A stretch of DNA of 64,000 bases from Candidatus Multivorans sp. (lineage in GTDB: Bacteria > Acidobacteriota > Thermoanaerobaculia > Multivoradales > Multivoraceae), in the NCBI GenBank assembly GCA_965224025.1, contig OZ245033.1, forward strand, positions 2,368,001-2,432,000, read 5' to 3'. Shown here one piece after another: positions 15,652-24,997 of this stretch. Under the pieces are notes generated by a model, which was given only the letters and a program-made list of their open reading frames with translations, had not been told where the DNA came from and did no database searches. Position 1 is the first letter of the stretch; the number at the start of each line of letters is the position of its first letter. A program made the position numbers and the translations under genes.

Positions 15652-17193
15652 TTGCACTCGACAACCGACGAACCGCGAACCGCCACGCCTGCGGAGGTCG
15701 CGCGGAGCGCGACGTTGGTTGCGTCGTTGACCGAGGCGCCCAGCGCGTCCGGCGACGAGTTGCGCGTGCTCTCGGAGCGCGCCGACTGCCTCGAGGTGCG
15801 CGTGGATCTGGTCGGTGAGATCGGCGCCGAGTGGTTGCGGGAACGATTTGCCGGCGAGCTGCTCTACACCTTGCGCAGCGAAGCGGAAGGCGGCCGCGGA
15901 CCGGTCGATGCGGGTCGGCGGGCCGTGCGGCTGGCTGCGGCCAACGGGTACGACCTGGTCGATCTCGAGGCAGACCGGGATCTCGGCCGCGACTCGCTGG
16001 CCGCGGTCGAGCCGAGCCGCCGGCTGGTGTCATGGCACGGCCGCGGCGCCAGCCTCAGGGCGCTGCGGGGCCGGCTCAGACAGTTCTCGGACGCGGAGGC
16101 GCGCCTCTACAAGCTCGTCACCGCTCCGAAGAGATCGGGTGAGGAACTGGCGCCGCTCGAACTGCTGCTCGAAACGGGCCGCACGGACGTCGCCGCGTTC
16201 GCGATGGGCGCCATCGGCGCCTGGACCCGGCAGGTGGCGCCACGGCTCGGGGCGCCGTGGGTCTACGCCGCCGCGGGCTCGGTCGCCGCCGCGCCCGGTC
16301 AACCGTCCATCGAGCGGCTGCGGGCCGACTACGGCCTGCCGGGCCTGCCCCAGGTGTCGAGGTTGTTCGGCGTCGTCGGGCGCCCGGCGGCGCACAGCCT
16401 GTCGCCGCGGCTCCACAACGCCGGCTACCGCGACCGCGGCGAGGCCGCGCTCTACGTCGCCTTCGACGCGCCGTGCTTCGAGACGTTCTGGAGCGAGGTC
16501 GCGCTGAGCGACTTCTTTGAGCGTGCGGGCATACCCCTGAGCGGCCTGAGCGTCACCGCGCCGCACAAGGCGGCGGCTCTGGCCGCCGCGGCGGAGGCCG
16601 GCGGCCTGGCGGCGCGAACCGGGGGCGCGAACACGCTGCTCCCGGGCCCCGGCGCCGCCGCCGACAGGCAATGGCGGGCCGAGAGCACGGACCCGGAGGG
16701 CGTCGTGGGGCCGCTGCGCCGGCGCGGGGTCGAGCTTTCGGGCCGCACTGTCGTGGTCATCGGCGCCGGCGGCGCCGGCCGGGCAGCGGCGGCGGGCCTG
16801 GCCGCCGCGGGCGCGGAGGTCGCGCTCGCCAACCGCACCGTCTCCAGCGGCCGGGCCGCCGCGGAGTTGCTCGGCGTGGCCTTCGTCCCGCTCGACGACC
16901 TGGCGCCCGGCGCGTTCGACGTCGTCGTCAACGCCACCTCGCTCGGCCACGATCCGGACGACCCGCTTCCCTGCGACCCGGATGCGCTGGGCGCCACGGC
17001 TGCCGCGGTGGAGCTGGTCTACGGCGGCGGACCGACCCCCTGGCGCCGGGCGCTTCGCGCGCGCGGCGTCCGGGTCGTGGACGGCCGGGAAGTGTTGCTG
17101 CACCAGGGTCTGGCGCAGTTCGCGGCGATGACGGGGAAGCGGCTTCCGTTCGAGGTCGGCGCCGCGGTGCTGGGGTTGGAGGCGACCCGATGA
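15652..17193 (+). CDS. aroDE: Bifunctional type I 3-dehydroquinate dehydratase / shikimate dehydrogenase
   Basis: LEVRVDL, YTLRSEAEGG, LVSWH, YKLV, APGQ (AroD); HSLSPRLHN, SVTAPHK, GAGGAG (AroE). Confidence 0.9.
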   Translation: MHSTTDEPRTATPAEVARSATLVASLTEAPSASGDELRVLSERADCLEVRVDLVGEIGAEWLRERFAGELLYTLRSEAEGGRGPVDAGRRAVRLAAANGYDLVDLEADRDLGRDSLAAVEPSRRLVSWHGRGASLRALRGRLRQFSDAEARLYKLVTAPKRSGEELAPLELLLETGRTDVAAFAMGAIGAWTRQVAPRLGAPWVYAAAGSVAAAPGQPSIERLRADYGLPGLPQVSRLFGVVGRPAAHSLSPRLHNAGYRDRGEAALYVAFDAPCFETFWSEVALSDFFERAGIPLSGLSVTAPHKAAALAAAAEAGGLAARTGGANTLLPGPGAAADRQWRAESTDPEGVVGPLRRRGVELSGRTVVVIGAGGAGRAAAAGLAAAGAEVALANRTVSSGRAAAELLGVAFVPLDDLAPGAFDVVVNATSLGHDPDDPLPCDPDALGATAAAVELVYGGGPTPWRRALRARGVRVVDGREVLLHQGLAQFAAMTGKRLPFEVGAAVLGLEATR

Positions 17194-18212
17194 AGATCTC
17201 CGCCGGCCTGCCGACCGGAGTGTCGGCTGCCCTCTTCGACAGCGTGAAGCGCCGCCGCCGGCTGGAGGCGCGTTTGACCGGGCTGCTCGAGCAACGCGGC
17301 TTCGGCGAGGTCCTTCTGCCCATCCTCGACTACTTCGAGCCGTACCGGCCGCTGCTGCAGGGGCGCCGGCTGGAGCAGCTCTACCGCTTCGTCGACCGGG
17401 ACGGTCAATTGCTCGTTCTGCGCGGCGACTTCACGCCGATGCTCGCGCGGCTGTTGGCCCCCCACCTGGACGACCTGGAACTGCCGCTCCGGCTCTACTA
17501 CCGCGGCGACGTGGTGCGGCACCAGCCTCTACGTCCCGGCCGGATGCGCGAGTACTCGCAGTTGGGCGCGGAGCTCTTGGGCGGCGACCGCACCGAGGCG
17601 GACGAACAGATGCTGACCCTGTTCCTCGACCTGCTGCTACAAGCCCGCGGCGGCGTCCCTGCGAACCCGGGTGGCGCGATCCGCGCACCCGGCGAAGTGG
17701 ATGACGCCGCGCTCCGGGTCGTCCTCGGCGTCGCCGGCGCCCTCGACGAGCCCCTGCTCTCCGCGGCCGGAGATGGCGCCGCCGGCGAACTGGCGCTGCG
17801 GATCGCAAGCCGCGACCGGCGGGCCGCGCGCCGGGCCGGTCTCGCCGATGTCGTAGAGGGCGGCTATCCGGAAGACGTCTCCGTGCTCGGGGGCGCCGCC
17901 GCCGCGGTGGCTGAACTGCTCTTGCTCCGCGACCGGCTTTCCGCCGAGTACCGCGACCTCGGCATCGAGGTAGAGGTCGATCTCGCCGAGTTCGCCGCCG
18001 CCGCCCTCGATCCGAGGGTCGGTGTTTCGGCTGGGCCGCGCGGCTACTACGACGGCCTCATGTTCGCGGCCTACGCGCCGGGTACGGCCTTGGCCTTGGG
18101 GGTCGGCGGCCGGTACGACAGGGTGTTCCGGTCGCTCAGCGGCGACTGCTCGGCGGTCGGCTTCTCGTTCGGCCTCGACCTGTTGACCGAACTGGCGGAG
18201 GGCCCGGCATGA
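17190..18212 (+). CDS. hisZ: ATP phosphoribosyltransferase regulatory subunit
   Basis: YRFVDRDGQLLVLRGDFTP, REYSQLGAELLG, GYYDGLMF, GGRYD. Confidence 0.9.
   Translation: MKISAGLPTGVSAALFDSVKRRRRLEARLTGLLEQRGFGEVLLPILDYFEPYRPLLQGRRLEQLYRFVDRDGQLLVLRGDFTPMLARLLAPHLDDLELPLRLYYRGDVVRHQPLRPGRMREYSQLGAELLGGDRTEADEQMLTLFLDLLLQARGGVPANPGGAIRAPGEVDDAALRVVLGVAGALDEPLLSAAGDGAAGELALRIASRDRRAARRAGLADVVEGGYPEDVSVLGGAAAAVAELLLLRDRLSAEYRDLGIEVEVDLAEFAAAALDPRVGVSAGPRGYYDGLMFAAYAPGTALALGVGGRYDRVFRSLSGDCSAVGFSFGLDLLTELAEGPA
17657..17694 (+). repeat. REP-like module A, in frame within hisZ
   Basis: CCCTGCGAACCCGGGTGGCGCGATCCGCGCACCCGGCG; encodes PANPGGAIRAPG. Confidence 0.8.
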
Positions 18213-18847
18213 TCACGTTCGGCCTGCCGAAGGGACGCAACCTGGGACCGGCACGCGACGCGCTTGCCGCCGCGGGCATGGGTCTCACCGATCTCGATGC
18301 CTCGCGCCTGCGCCAGCGCTTCGGAGGCGTTGGGGTGTTGGGGGTCGAGGTCGAGGTGCTGCTGCTCAAGGACTGGGACCTGCCGCTCTATGTCGAGCAC
18401 GGGATCGTCGACTGCGCGATCGTCGGCAGCGACGTGCTGGAGGAGACCCGGCCCGACGTCTTCCAGCCATTGCGCCTCCTGGACGGCCGTAGCCGCCTGT
18501 CGTTGATTGCCGAGACGCCGGAACTGCCGCGGCGGAGCGGCCAACTCCGCGCGGCGACGCGCTATCCGGCGTGGGCGGCGCGGCTTCTTGCCGCCCGCAA
18601 CCTGCACGTCGAGGTGCTGAGCCTGACCAGCTCGATCGAACTCGGGCCCCTGCTCGATCTCACCGACATTGCGGTCGACATCGTGCAGACCGGCGCCACG
18701 CTCAGGACCCACGACCTGCACGAGGTCGAGGTGCTGGCAGAGGTGGCGCCGACCTTCGTGGTCAACCGGGCTTCGCTCCACGCCCACCGGCGCCGGCTGA
18801 GCCGGCTGCTGCGCGCGCTCGAAGAAACGGGGGCCGCCGGTGACTGA
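18209..18847 (+). CDS. hisG: ATP phosphoribosyltransferase, short form
   Basis: LPKGR, DLPLYVEHG, ATRYP, DIVQTGATLR. Confidence 0.93.
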   Translation: MITFGLPKGRNLGPARDALAAAGMGLTDLDASRLRQRFGGVGVLGVEVEVLLLKDWDLPLYVEHGIVDCAIVGSDVLEETRPDVFQPLRLLDGRSRLSLIAETPELPRRSGQLRAATRYPAWAARLLAARNLHVEVLSLTSSIELGPLLDLTDIAVDIVQTGATLRTHDLHEVEVLAEVAPTFVVNRASLHAHRRRLSRLLRALEETGAAGD

Positions 18848-20276
18848 GGTCCGTAGCGGGGGAGCGTTGCAGGTCCTGGCGGCGGACAGCCGTGCCGGGC
18901 GGGAGCGCCTGGGACTCCTCGACCGGCGCGGCCGGGGCGGTATCGCGGCCGAGATCGGCCGTGCCGCCGCGGAGATCGTCGACCGTGTCCGCAGCGGCGG
19001 GGACGCGGCCCTTGTCGAGGCGGTCCGCCGCTACGACGGCTTCGACGCGCCTTCGGCCGGCGCGTTGCGACTAGGCGGCGCCCCCGGGAACCCGGGTGAC
19101 GCGATCCGCGCCATTCGCGAACCACTCCGTGCGCCCGTCATCGGGCGCACGGATGGAACGCGGGCGTCTCGCCCGCATCCGGATTCTGAGAGCATCGACC
19201 CCGCCGTCCTCACCGCCATCGAACGCGCACGGACCGCCATCGACGTCTACCACCGCGCACAGCCGCACGGTCCGGGTGTCCAGCGCCTGGAACGGGACGG
19301 CGTGTCGATCGAGGAGCGCCGGCTGCCGATCCGCCGGGTCGGGATCTATGTGCCGGGCGGGCGGTTCCCCTATTCCTCTACGGTCCTGATGACCGCGGTG
19401 CCGGCACGGCTCGCGGGCGTCGAGGAACTCGTCGTCGCCACGCCGCCCGGTGCCTACCTCGAGAGCCCGGTGCTGCGGCACGTGCTCGACCTGGTCGGAG
19501 TGGACGAGGTCTGGGGGATGGGCGGCGCGCACGGCATTGCGGCGCTGGCCTACGGCACCGAGTCGGTCCGGCCGGTCGACCTGATCGCCGGCCCCGGGAA
19601 CGCCTGGGTGGCGGCCGCGAAGCAGCACGTGGCGGTCGACGTGGGCGTGGACCGCGACGCGGGTCCGTCCGAGGTCGTCATCGTGGCGGCCGATGGCGCT
19701 CCCGCCGGCTGGGTCGCGGCCGACCTGCTGGCCCAGGCGGAGCACGATCCCCTGGCGGTCGCGGTCCTGGTCACGGACTCCGCGGCGCTTGCCGACCGGG
19801 TCGCGTCGGAGGTGGACGGGCAGCTCGCGCAGCTTTCCACCGCCGACACCGCCGCGGCGGCGCTCGAAGCGCACGGCGCGGCCTTCGTCGCGGCCGACCT
19901 GGACGGTGCGCTCGTGCTGGCCGAACGGCTGGCGCCGGAGCATCTGCAACTGATCGGCGCGGACGCGGAAGCGCGCGCGGACGAGGTGCGCCATGCCGGC
20001 GCGGTGTTCGTGGGAGCTCCGTCGCCGGTGGTGTTCGGGGACTACGTGGCCGGACCCAGCCACGTGTTGCCCACGGGCGGCAGCGCTCGCTTCGCCTCCG
20101 GTCTCGGGATTGAGGACTTCGTGCGGCGCAGTCACACGGTTCGCTTTTCCGACGAGGCCTCGAAGGCTTGGGCCGGCGCCGCCGCGACGCTGGCGGCCAC
20201 CGAGGGCCTGGCGGCCCATGCCGCGGCGGCCAGATTGCGTCTCGGTGGGGGAAAGTGTCGGGAGGAAGAGCCGTGA
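18840..20276 (+). CDS. hisD: Histidinol dehydrogenase
   Basis: GIYVPGG, AGPGNAWV, AGPSEV, LAQAEHD, APEHL, GDYVAGPSHVLPT. Confidence 0.95.
   Translation: MTEVRSGGALQVLAADSRAGRERLGLLDRRGRGGIAAEIGRAAAEIVDRVRSGGDAALVEAVRRYDGFDAPSAGALRLGGAPGNPGDAIRAIREPLRAPVIGRTDGTRASRPHPDSESIDPAVLTAIERARTAIDVYHRAQPHGPGVQRLERDGVSIEERRLPIRRVGIYVPGGRFPYSSTVLMTAVPARLAGVEELVVATPPGAYLESPVLRHVLDLVGVDEVWGMGGAHGIAALAYGTESVRPVDLIAGPGNAWVAAAKQHVAVDVGVDRDAGPSEVVIVAADGAPAGWVAADLLAQAEHDPLAVAVLVTDSAALADRVASEVDGQLAQLSTADTAAAALEAHGAAFVAADLDGALVLAERLAPEHLQLIGADAEARADEVRHAGAVFVGAPSPVVFGDYVAGPSHVLPTGGSARFASGLGIEDFVRRSHTVRFSDEASKAWAGAAATLAATEGLAAHAAAARLRLGGGKCREEEP
19081..19182 (+). repeat. REP-like composite (A+B+C), in frame within hisD
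   Basis: 102 nt encoding [33 protein letters not shown]; matches the intergenic copies. Confidence 0.85.
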
Positions 20277-21385
20277 GCGCCTCCAACCAGGGCGCCGGCG
20301 CCTTCGTCAGGCCTGAGTTCCACCGCCTGCCGGCGTACTCGCTCCACCGGGTGACGTGCCGCTACCGGCTCGACCAGAACGAGGCGCCGTGGGATCTGCC
20401 GCGCGCGCTCAAGCGCGAGGCGCTGGCGCGTCTGGCCGAGCGCACCTGGGCCCATTACCCGGACTTCCACGCCGAGCGTCTGCGGCGTCTGCTCGGCGGC
20501 CTCAACGACTGGCCGGCGGAGGGCGTGCTGGTCGGGAACGGTTCCGGCGAGCTCCTCACGACGGTGCTCGAAGGCGTCGTGCGCCCCGGCCAGGAGGTGC
20601 TCGCCTGCGAGCCGTGCTTCAGTCTCTACGAGACCTTCGTCCGGCGGGCCGCCGGCGTGCCGCGGTTCCTCGAACCGGCGCCGGACCTGGCGCTGCAGAC
20701 CGACGAGCTCCAGGCCCAGACCGAGCGCGACCCGAGCCGGCCGGTGATCCTGTGTACGCCGAACAACCCGACCGGTACGGCCGCGGATCCCGCTACGGTG
20801 GAGCGCCTTCTGGGCGCACTCGAGGCGCCGCTGCTGCTCGACAACGCGTACGGCGAGTTCTGCCGCCACGACTACCGGCCGCTGCTGCGCGGCCACTCGA
20901 ACCTGATCCTGTTCCGGACCCTGTCCAAGGCCTGGTCCCTGGCCGGTATCCGCCTCGGCTACGTGCTTGCGGACCCGGACCTGGTGGCGGAGCTGATCAA
21001 GGTCAAGCTGCCTTACAACGTCGGCCACGCGGCGGCGGTCATCGGCGAAGTGGCGCTCGAACACGCCGACCGGCTTCTGCCGCGCGTCGCCCAGGTGCGG
21101 GCGCGCAGGGAGCAGTGGGCGGTCATGCTGCGGGAGTTCGGTTTCGAGGTCCTCGACTCGGAGGCCAACTTCCTGCTCGCGCGCCATCCCCGCTGCGCCG
21201 AGATCCGCGACGGTCTTGCCACCGGGGGTGTGCTGGTGCGCGACGTGAGCCGGTACCCGGGTCTGGCCAACTGCCTGAGAATCGGAATCGGCGGCGGTCC
21301 GGCGTTGCGCGCGACGCGACGCGCCCTGGTCGGGATGCTGACGCCGACCGGAAGCGACGGCACGAGTGAGGGAGAGATGCCATGA
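20273..21385 (+). CDS. hisC: Histidinol-phosphate aminotransferase
   Basis: LDQNEAP, GNGSGE, PNNPTG, RTLSKAWSLAGIRLGY. Confidence 0.95.
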   Translation: MSASNQGAGAFVRPEFHRLPAYSLHRVTCRYRLDQNEAPWDLPRALKREALARLAERTWAHYPDFHAERLRRLLGGLNDWPAEGVLVGNGSGELLTTVLEGVVRPGQEVLACEPCFSLYETFVRRAAGVPRFLEPAPDLALQTDELQAQTERDPSRPVILCTPNNPTGTAADPATVERLLGALEAPLLLDNAYGEFCRHDYRPLLRGHSNLILFRTLSKAWSLAGIRLGYVLADPDLVAELIKVKLPYNVGHAAAVIGEVALEHADRLLPRVAQVRARREQWAVMLREFGFEVLDSEANFLLARHPRCAEIRDGLATGGVLVRDVSRYPGLANCLRIGIGGGPALRATRRALVGMLTPTGSDGTSEGEMP

Positions 21386-21981
21386 GACGAGCGTCCATCG
21401 ATCGAAAGACGTCCGAAACCCACGTCCGCGCCGACCTGTCGCTCGACGGCGGCCCGTGCCGGCTGGACACGCCGAACGGTTTCTTCTCGCACATGCTGGA
21501 CGCGCTGTCGCGCCACGGCGGTCTCGGGCTCGACCTCGAAGCCCACGGCGATACGGACATCGACCTCCACCACACGGTGGAGGACGTAGGCATCGTGCTC
21601 GGCGACGCGCTGCGGGAGGCCCTCGGCGACCGCGCCGGGGTGCGGCGCTTCGCCCACGCCTTCGCACCGCTCGACGAGGCGCTGGCGCGCGCCGTGATCG
21701 ACCTCTCGGGCCGCGGCTCGTTCCACTTCCGGTTGCCCGCGGAGCTGGAGCACGCCTGGGTCACGACCGAGTTCCCGCTCACCCTGATGGGCGACTTCTT
21801 CGGCGCCTTCGCCGGCCGCGGACGGCTGACGCTGCACCTGGACGTCCTCTGTGGCCGCAACCCGCACCATGTCGCGGAGGCGTCGTTCAAGGCGGTGGCT
21901 CTGGCGCTGCGGGAGGCGGTGTCCCTGCGGCCGGGGAATGCGGCCGAGGCGCCGAGCACGAAGGGGAGCCTGACGGCATGA
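21382..21981 (+). CDS. hisB: Imidazoleglycerol-phosphate dehydratase
   Basis: FFSHML, HHTVED, PLDEAL, NPHHVAEASFKA. Confidence 0.95.
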   Translation: MRRASIDRKTSETHVRADLSLDGGPCRLDTPNGFFSHMLDALSRHGGLGLDLEAHGDTDIDLHHTVEDVGIVLGDALREALGDRAGVRRFAHAFAPLDEALARAVIDLSGRGSFHFRLPAELEHAWVTTEFPLTLMGDFFGAFAGRGRLTLHLDVLCGRNPHHVAEASFKAVALALREAVSLRPGNAAEAPSTKGSLTA

Positions 21982-22676
21982 CCGGAGCGGCGAGCAATAC
22001 CCCGGCGAGCAACCCGGCAATCCACGCGACGGTGATCGACGCCGGCGTCGGCAACATCGGCAACCTGGTGCGGGCGCTCCGCCACTTGGGCGCCGAGGTC
22101 GAGACCACCTGCGACCCGGCGGTGATTCGCAAGGCTCGCTGCCTGGTGCTGCCGGGCGTCGGCGCCTTCCGGCCGCCGCGCGAAGTACTGCGCGGGGCGC
22201 CCGAGGAGGCGATCCGGACCGCGCTCGAAGACGGCGCCTGCCTGCTCGGCATCTGCATCGGCTACCAACTCCTGTTCGACAGCAGCGAGGAGTTCGGCAT
22301 GACGGACGGTCTCGGCCTTCTCACAGGCCGCGTCACCAAGTTGCCGGGCGGCGTGCCCTTGCCTCACATCGGCTGGAACCGCGTCTTCGGCGTCGCGGAT
22401 CATCCCCTGCTCGCCGGCGCGGCCGAGGACGACCACTACTACTTCGTCCACTCGTTCGCGCCCGAGGCCGTGCCGGAGGAGAGCGTGCTGGGCCGCTGCC
22501 GGCACGGCCGCAGTTTCCCCGCGATCACGGGCCGCGGCCGCATCGCGGGCACCCAGTTTCATCCCGAGAAGAGCGGCGCCGCCGGCCTGGGGCTGTTGCG
22601 CAACTACCTGGCCTGGGCCGGCGGCGCGGCTGACGGAGCCGACGGAGGAAACGGTGCAACTGCTGCCGGCGATTGA
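21978..22676 (+). CDS. hisH: IGP synthase glutaminase subunit
   Basis: LPGVGAF, GICIGYQ, PHIGWN, YFVHSF, QFHPEKSG. Confidence 0.95.
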   Translation: MTGAASNTPASNPAIHATVIDAGVGNIGNLVRALRHLGAEVETTCDPAVIRKARCLVLPGVGAFRPPREVLRGAPEEAIRTALEDGACLLGICIGYQLLFDSSEEFGMTDGLGLLTGRVTKLPGGVPLPHIGWNRVFGVADHPLLAGAAEDDHYYFVHSFAPEAVPEESVLGRCRHGRSFPAITGRGRIAGTQFHPEKSGAAGLGLLRNYLAWAGGAADGADGGNGATAAGD

Positions 22677-23412
22677 TCTGCGCGGCGGTCAGATCGTGCG
22701 TCTCGAACGCGGCGACGACGGTCGGCGCACGGTCTACGGCGCCGATCCCTGTAACGCGCTTCGCCGCTACCGCCAGGCCGGGGTGTCCCGTATCCACATC
22801 GTCGACCTGGACGCGGCGTTCGGCGGCGCCCAACAGCGCGAACTGGCCGGGGAACTCGCGCGGCGGGCTGCGCCCGGCGGTATTCAGCTCGGTGGCGGCC
22901 TGCGCGACCGCGAGTCCGTCGAGTGGGCCTTCGCCGCCGGCTGCGAGCGGGCGGTGGTGACCTCCCTGATCGTCCGCAACTTCGACGTGTTCGCCGGCCT
23001 CTGTCGCGACTACCCGGGGCGCATGGTGGCGGCGCTCGACATCGACGGCGGCGAAGTGCGGCTGGCGGGCTGGACCGAATCGGCCGACCGCTCGCCCGCC
23101 GCCCTGTGCGCGCAACTTGCCGGACTGCCGATCGCGGCCGTGCTGGTCACCGACATCTCGCGCGACGGGATGATGCAGGGCCCGAACATCGACCTGGCCT
23201 GCGAGATCGGCGCCATGGCAGGCGCGCCGGCGATCCTCTCGGGCGGCGTGCGTTCGGCGGCTGACCTGGAGGCCGCGGCCCGGCGACCCGAGCTCGAAGC
23301 CGCGATCGTCGGCCGCGCGCTCTACGACGGTTCGCTGACCCTCGACCAGGGGATAGCGGCCTGCGACGGGGCGGGAACACGCGCCGGAGCCGCTTCGGGG
23401 AGCGCGTCGTGA
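22654..23412 (+). CDS. hisA: ProFAR isomerase
   Basis: [30 protein letters not shown]. Confidence 0.95.
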   Translation: MQLLPAIDLRGGQIVRLERGDDGRRTVYGADPCNALRRYRQAGVSRIHIVDLDAAFGGAQQRELAGELARRAAPGGIQLGGGLRDRESVEWAFAAGCERAVVTSLIVRNFDVFAGLCRDYPGRMVAALDIDGGEVRLAGWTESADRSPAALCAQLAGLPIAAVLVTDISRDGMMQGPNIDLACEIGAMAGAPAILSGGVRSAADLEAAARRPELEAAIVGRALYDGSLTLDQGIAACDGAGTRAGAASGSAS

Positions 23413-24197
23413 GAGCCACCATCGAACCGACCGGCCTCACGCGCCGCATCATCCCCTGCCTGGACGTAGCCGCCGGCCGGGTGGTCAAGGGCGTCCAGTT
23501 CAAGAACCTGACCGATCACGGCGACCCGACCGAGGCCGCGGCCCGCTACGCCGCGGAAGGCGCCGACGAGATCGTGTTCCTCGACATCACCGCCGCGCCC
23601 GAGCGGCGCGACACGGACCTCGACTGGGTGCGCCGGACCGCCGAGCAGGTGTTCATTCCGCTCAGCGTCGGCGGCGGCGTGCGCAGCACGGGCGACGGCC
23701 GCAAGTTGCTCCTCGCCGGCGCCGACAAGCTGGGGATCAACACCGCCGCGGTCGCCGAGCCCGAGCTGCTGACGCGCCTCGCCGAGCGCTTCGGAAGTCA
23801 GTGCGTCGTGCTCTCGGTCGACGCCAAGCGGCACCAGGAAGCCGGGGCCGACCAGAGCTGGGAGGTCGTCACGCACGGCGGCCGCACGCCGACCGGGCTC
23901 GACGCGCTGGAGTGGATCGAGGAGGGAATCGAGCGCGGCGCCGGCGAGATCCTGCTCACCAGCATCGACAGCGACGGCATGAAGAGCGGTTACGACCTGG
24001 AGCTGCTGCGGCGGGCGTCGGCGCTGTCGCCGGCGCCGGTCATCGCCTCCGGCGGCGCCGGCACCCTGGAACACCTGGCCGACGCCCTGGAGACCGACGC
24101 CGCGGCCGTGCTCGCCGCGTCGATCTTCCATCAGTCCACCTACTCGGTGGGCGCGGTCAAGGAGTACCTCGGCCGCCGCTATCCGATCCGCATGTGA
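23409..24197 (+). CDS. hisF: IGP synthase cyclase subunit
   Basis: RIIPCLDV...[33 protein letters not shown]. Confidence 0.96.
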   Translation: MRATIEPTGLTRRIIPCLDVAAGRVVKGVQFKNLTDHGDPTEAAARYAAEGADEIVFLDITAAPERRDTDLDWVRRTAEQVFIPLSVGGGVRSTGDGRKLLLAGADKLGINTAAVAEPELLTRLAERFGSQCVVLSVDAKRHQEAGADQSWEVVTHGGRTPTGLDALEWIEEGIERGAGEILLTSIDSDGMKSGYDLELLRRASALSPAPVIASGGAGTLEHLADALETDAAAVLAASIFHQSTYSVGAVKEYLGRRYPIRM

Positions 24198-24220
24198 TGA
24201 GGAATCGAGGAGACCAGGAC

Positions 24221-24283
24221 ATGACGGCGACGGCGATCGACCCCGCGGCGCTCACCTACTTCGACCGAGGTCTGCTGCCGTGA
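24221..24283 (+). other. 20-codon diverged duplicate of the hisIE 5' end
   Basis: MTATAIDPAALTYFDRGLLP* versus MTATAIDPAALAYDDRGLLP; its TGA overlaps the hisIE GTG. Confidence 0.85.
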
Positions 24284-24933
24284 CCGCAACCGCCATCGAC
24301 CCGGCGGCTCTCGCCTACGACGACCGGGGCCTGCTGCCCGTCGTGGTTCAGGACGTGCTCTCGGGCGCGGTGCTGATGCTTGCCTGCGCCAACCGGGAGG
24401 CGGTGGAGCTCACGCTCGCCACCGGCGAGGCCCACTTCTACAGCCGCTCGCGGCAGGAGCTCTGGCGCAAGGGCGCGACCTCGGGCAACACGCTGGCAGT
24501 GGTCGAAGTGCTCCAGGACTGCGACCGGGACGCGCTCCTGGTGCGGGCGCTGCCGGCCGGTCCTGCCTGCCACAACAACACGAGGAGCTGCTTCGAGCCG
24601 AACGCCGCCGAGTGCGAACTCGGCTGGCTGGCGCGTGTGCTCGCCGAACGGGCGTCCGCGTCGCCGGAGGCGAGCTACACGGCCCGCCTCCTCGACCAGG
24701 GAGTCGACCGGATCGCACGCAAGGTCGCGGAGGAAGCGGGCGAGACCGTGATCGCCGGCGTCCGGGCCGACGCCGAGCCCGAGTCAGCCGAGCGCCGCGC
24801 CGATCTCGCGGCCGAAGCCGCCGATCTCGCCTACCACCTTCTGGTGCTGCTCCAGGCGACCGGCGTCGGGATCGCCGACGTGGCCGCCGAGTTGGGTCGC
24901 CGCCACCACGCCGCGGGAAGGTCGTCGTCATGA
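24280..24933 (+). CDS. hisIE: PRAMP cyclohydrolase / PRATP pyrophosphatase
   Basis: YSRSRQELWRKGATSGN, DCDRDALL, PACH, SYTARLL, EAADLAYH. Confidence 0.95.
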   Translation: MTATAIDPAALAYDDRGLLPVVVQDVLSGAVLMLACANREAVELTLATGEAHFYSRSRQELWRKGATSGNTLAVVEVLQDCDRDALLVRALPAGPACHNNTRSCFEPNAAECELGWLARVLAERASASPEASYTARLLDQGVDRIARKVAEEAGETVIAGVRADAEPESAERRADLAAEAADLAYHLLVLLQATGVGIADVAAELGRRHHAAGRSSS

Positions 24934-24948
24934 GCGCGCGCGGCAGTG

Positions 24949-24982
24949 CCCCTGGGAACGCGGGCGTCTCGCCCGCACTCCG
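24949..24982 (+). repeat. REP-like module C between hisIE and trpE
   Basis: CCTGGGAACGCGGGCGTCTCGCCCGCA, inside a 23-aa bridging mini-ORF 24930-25001. Confidence 0.8.
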
Positions 24983-24997
24983 AGCCGGGAGTCCATC

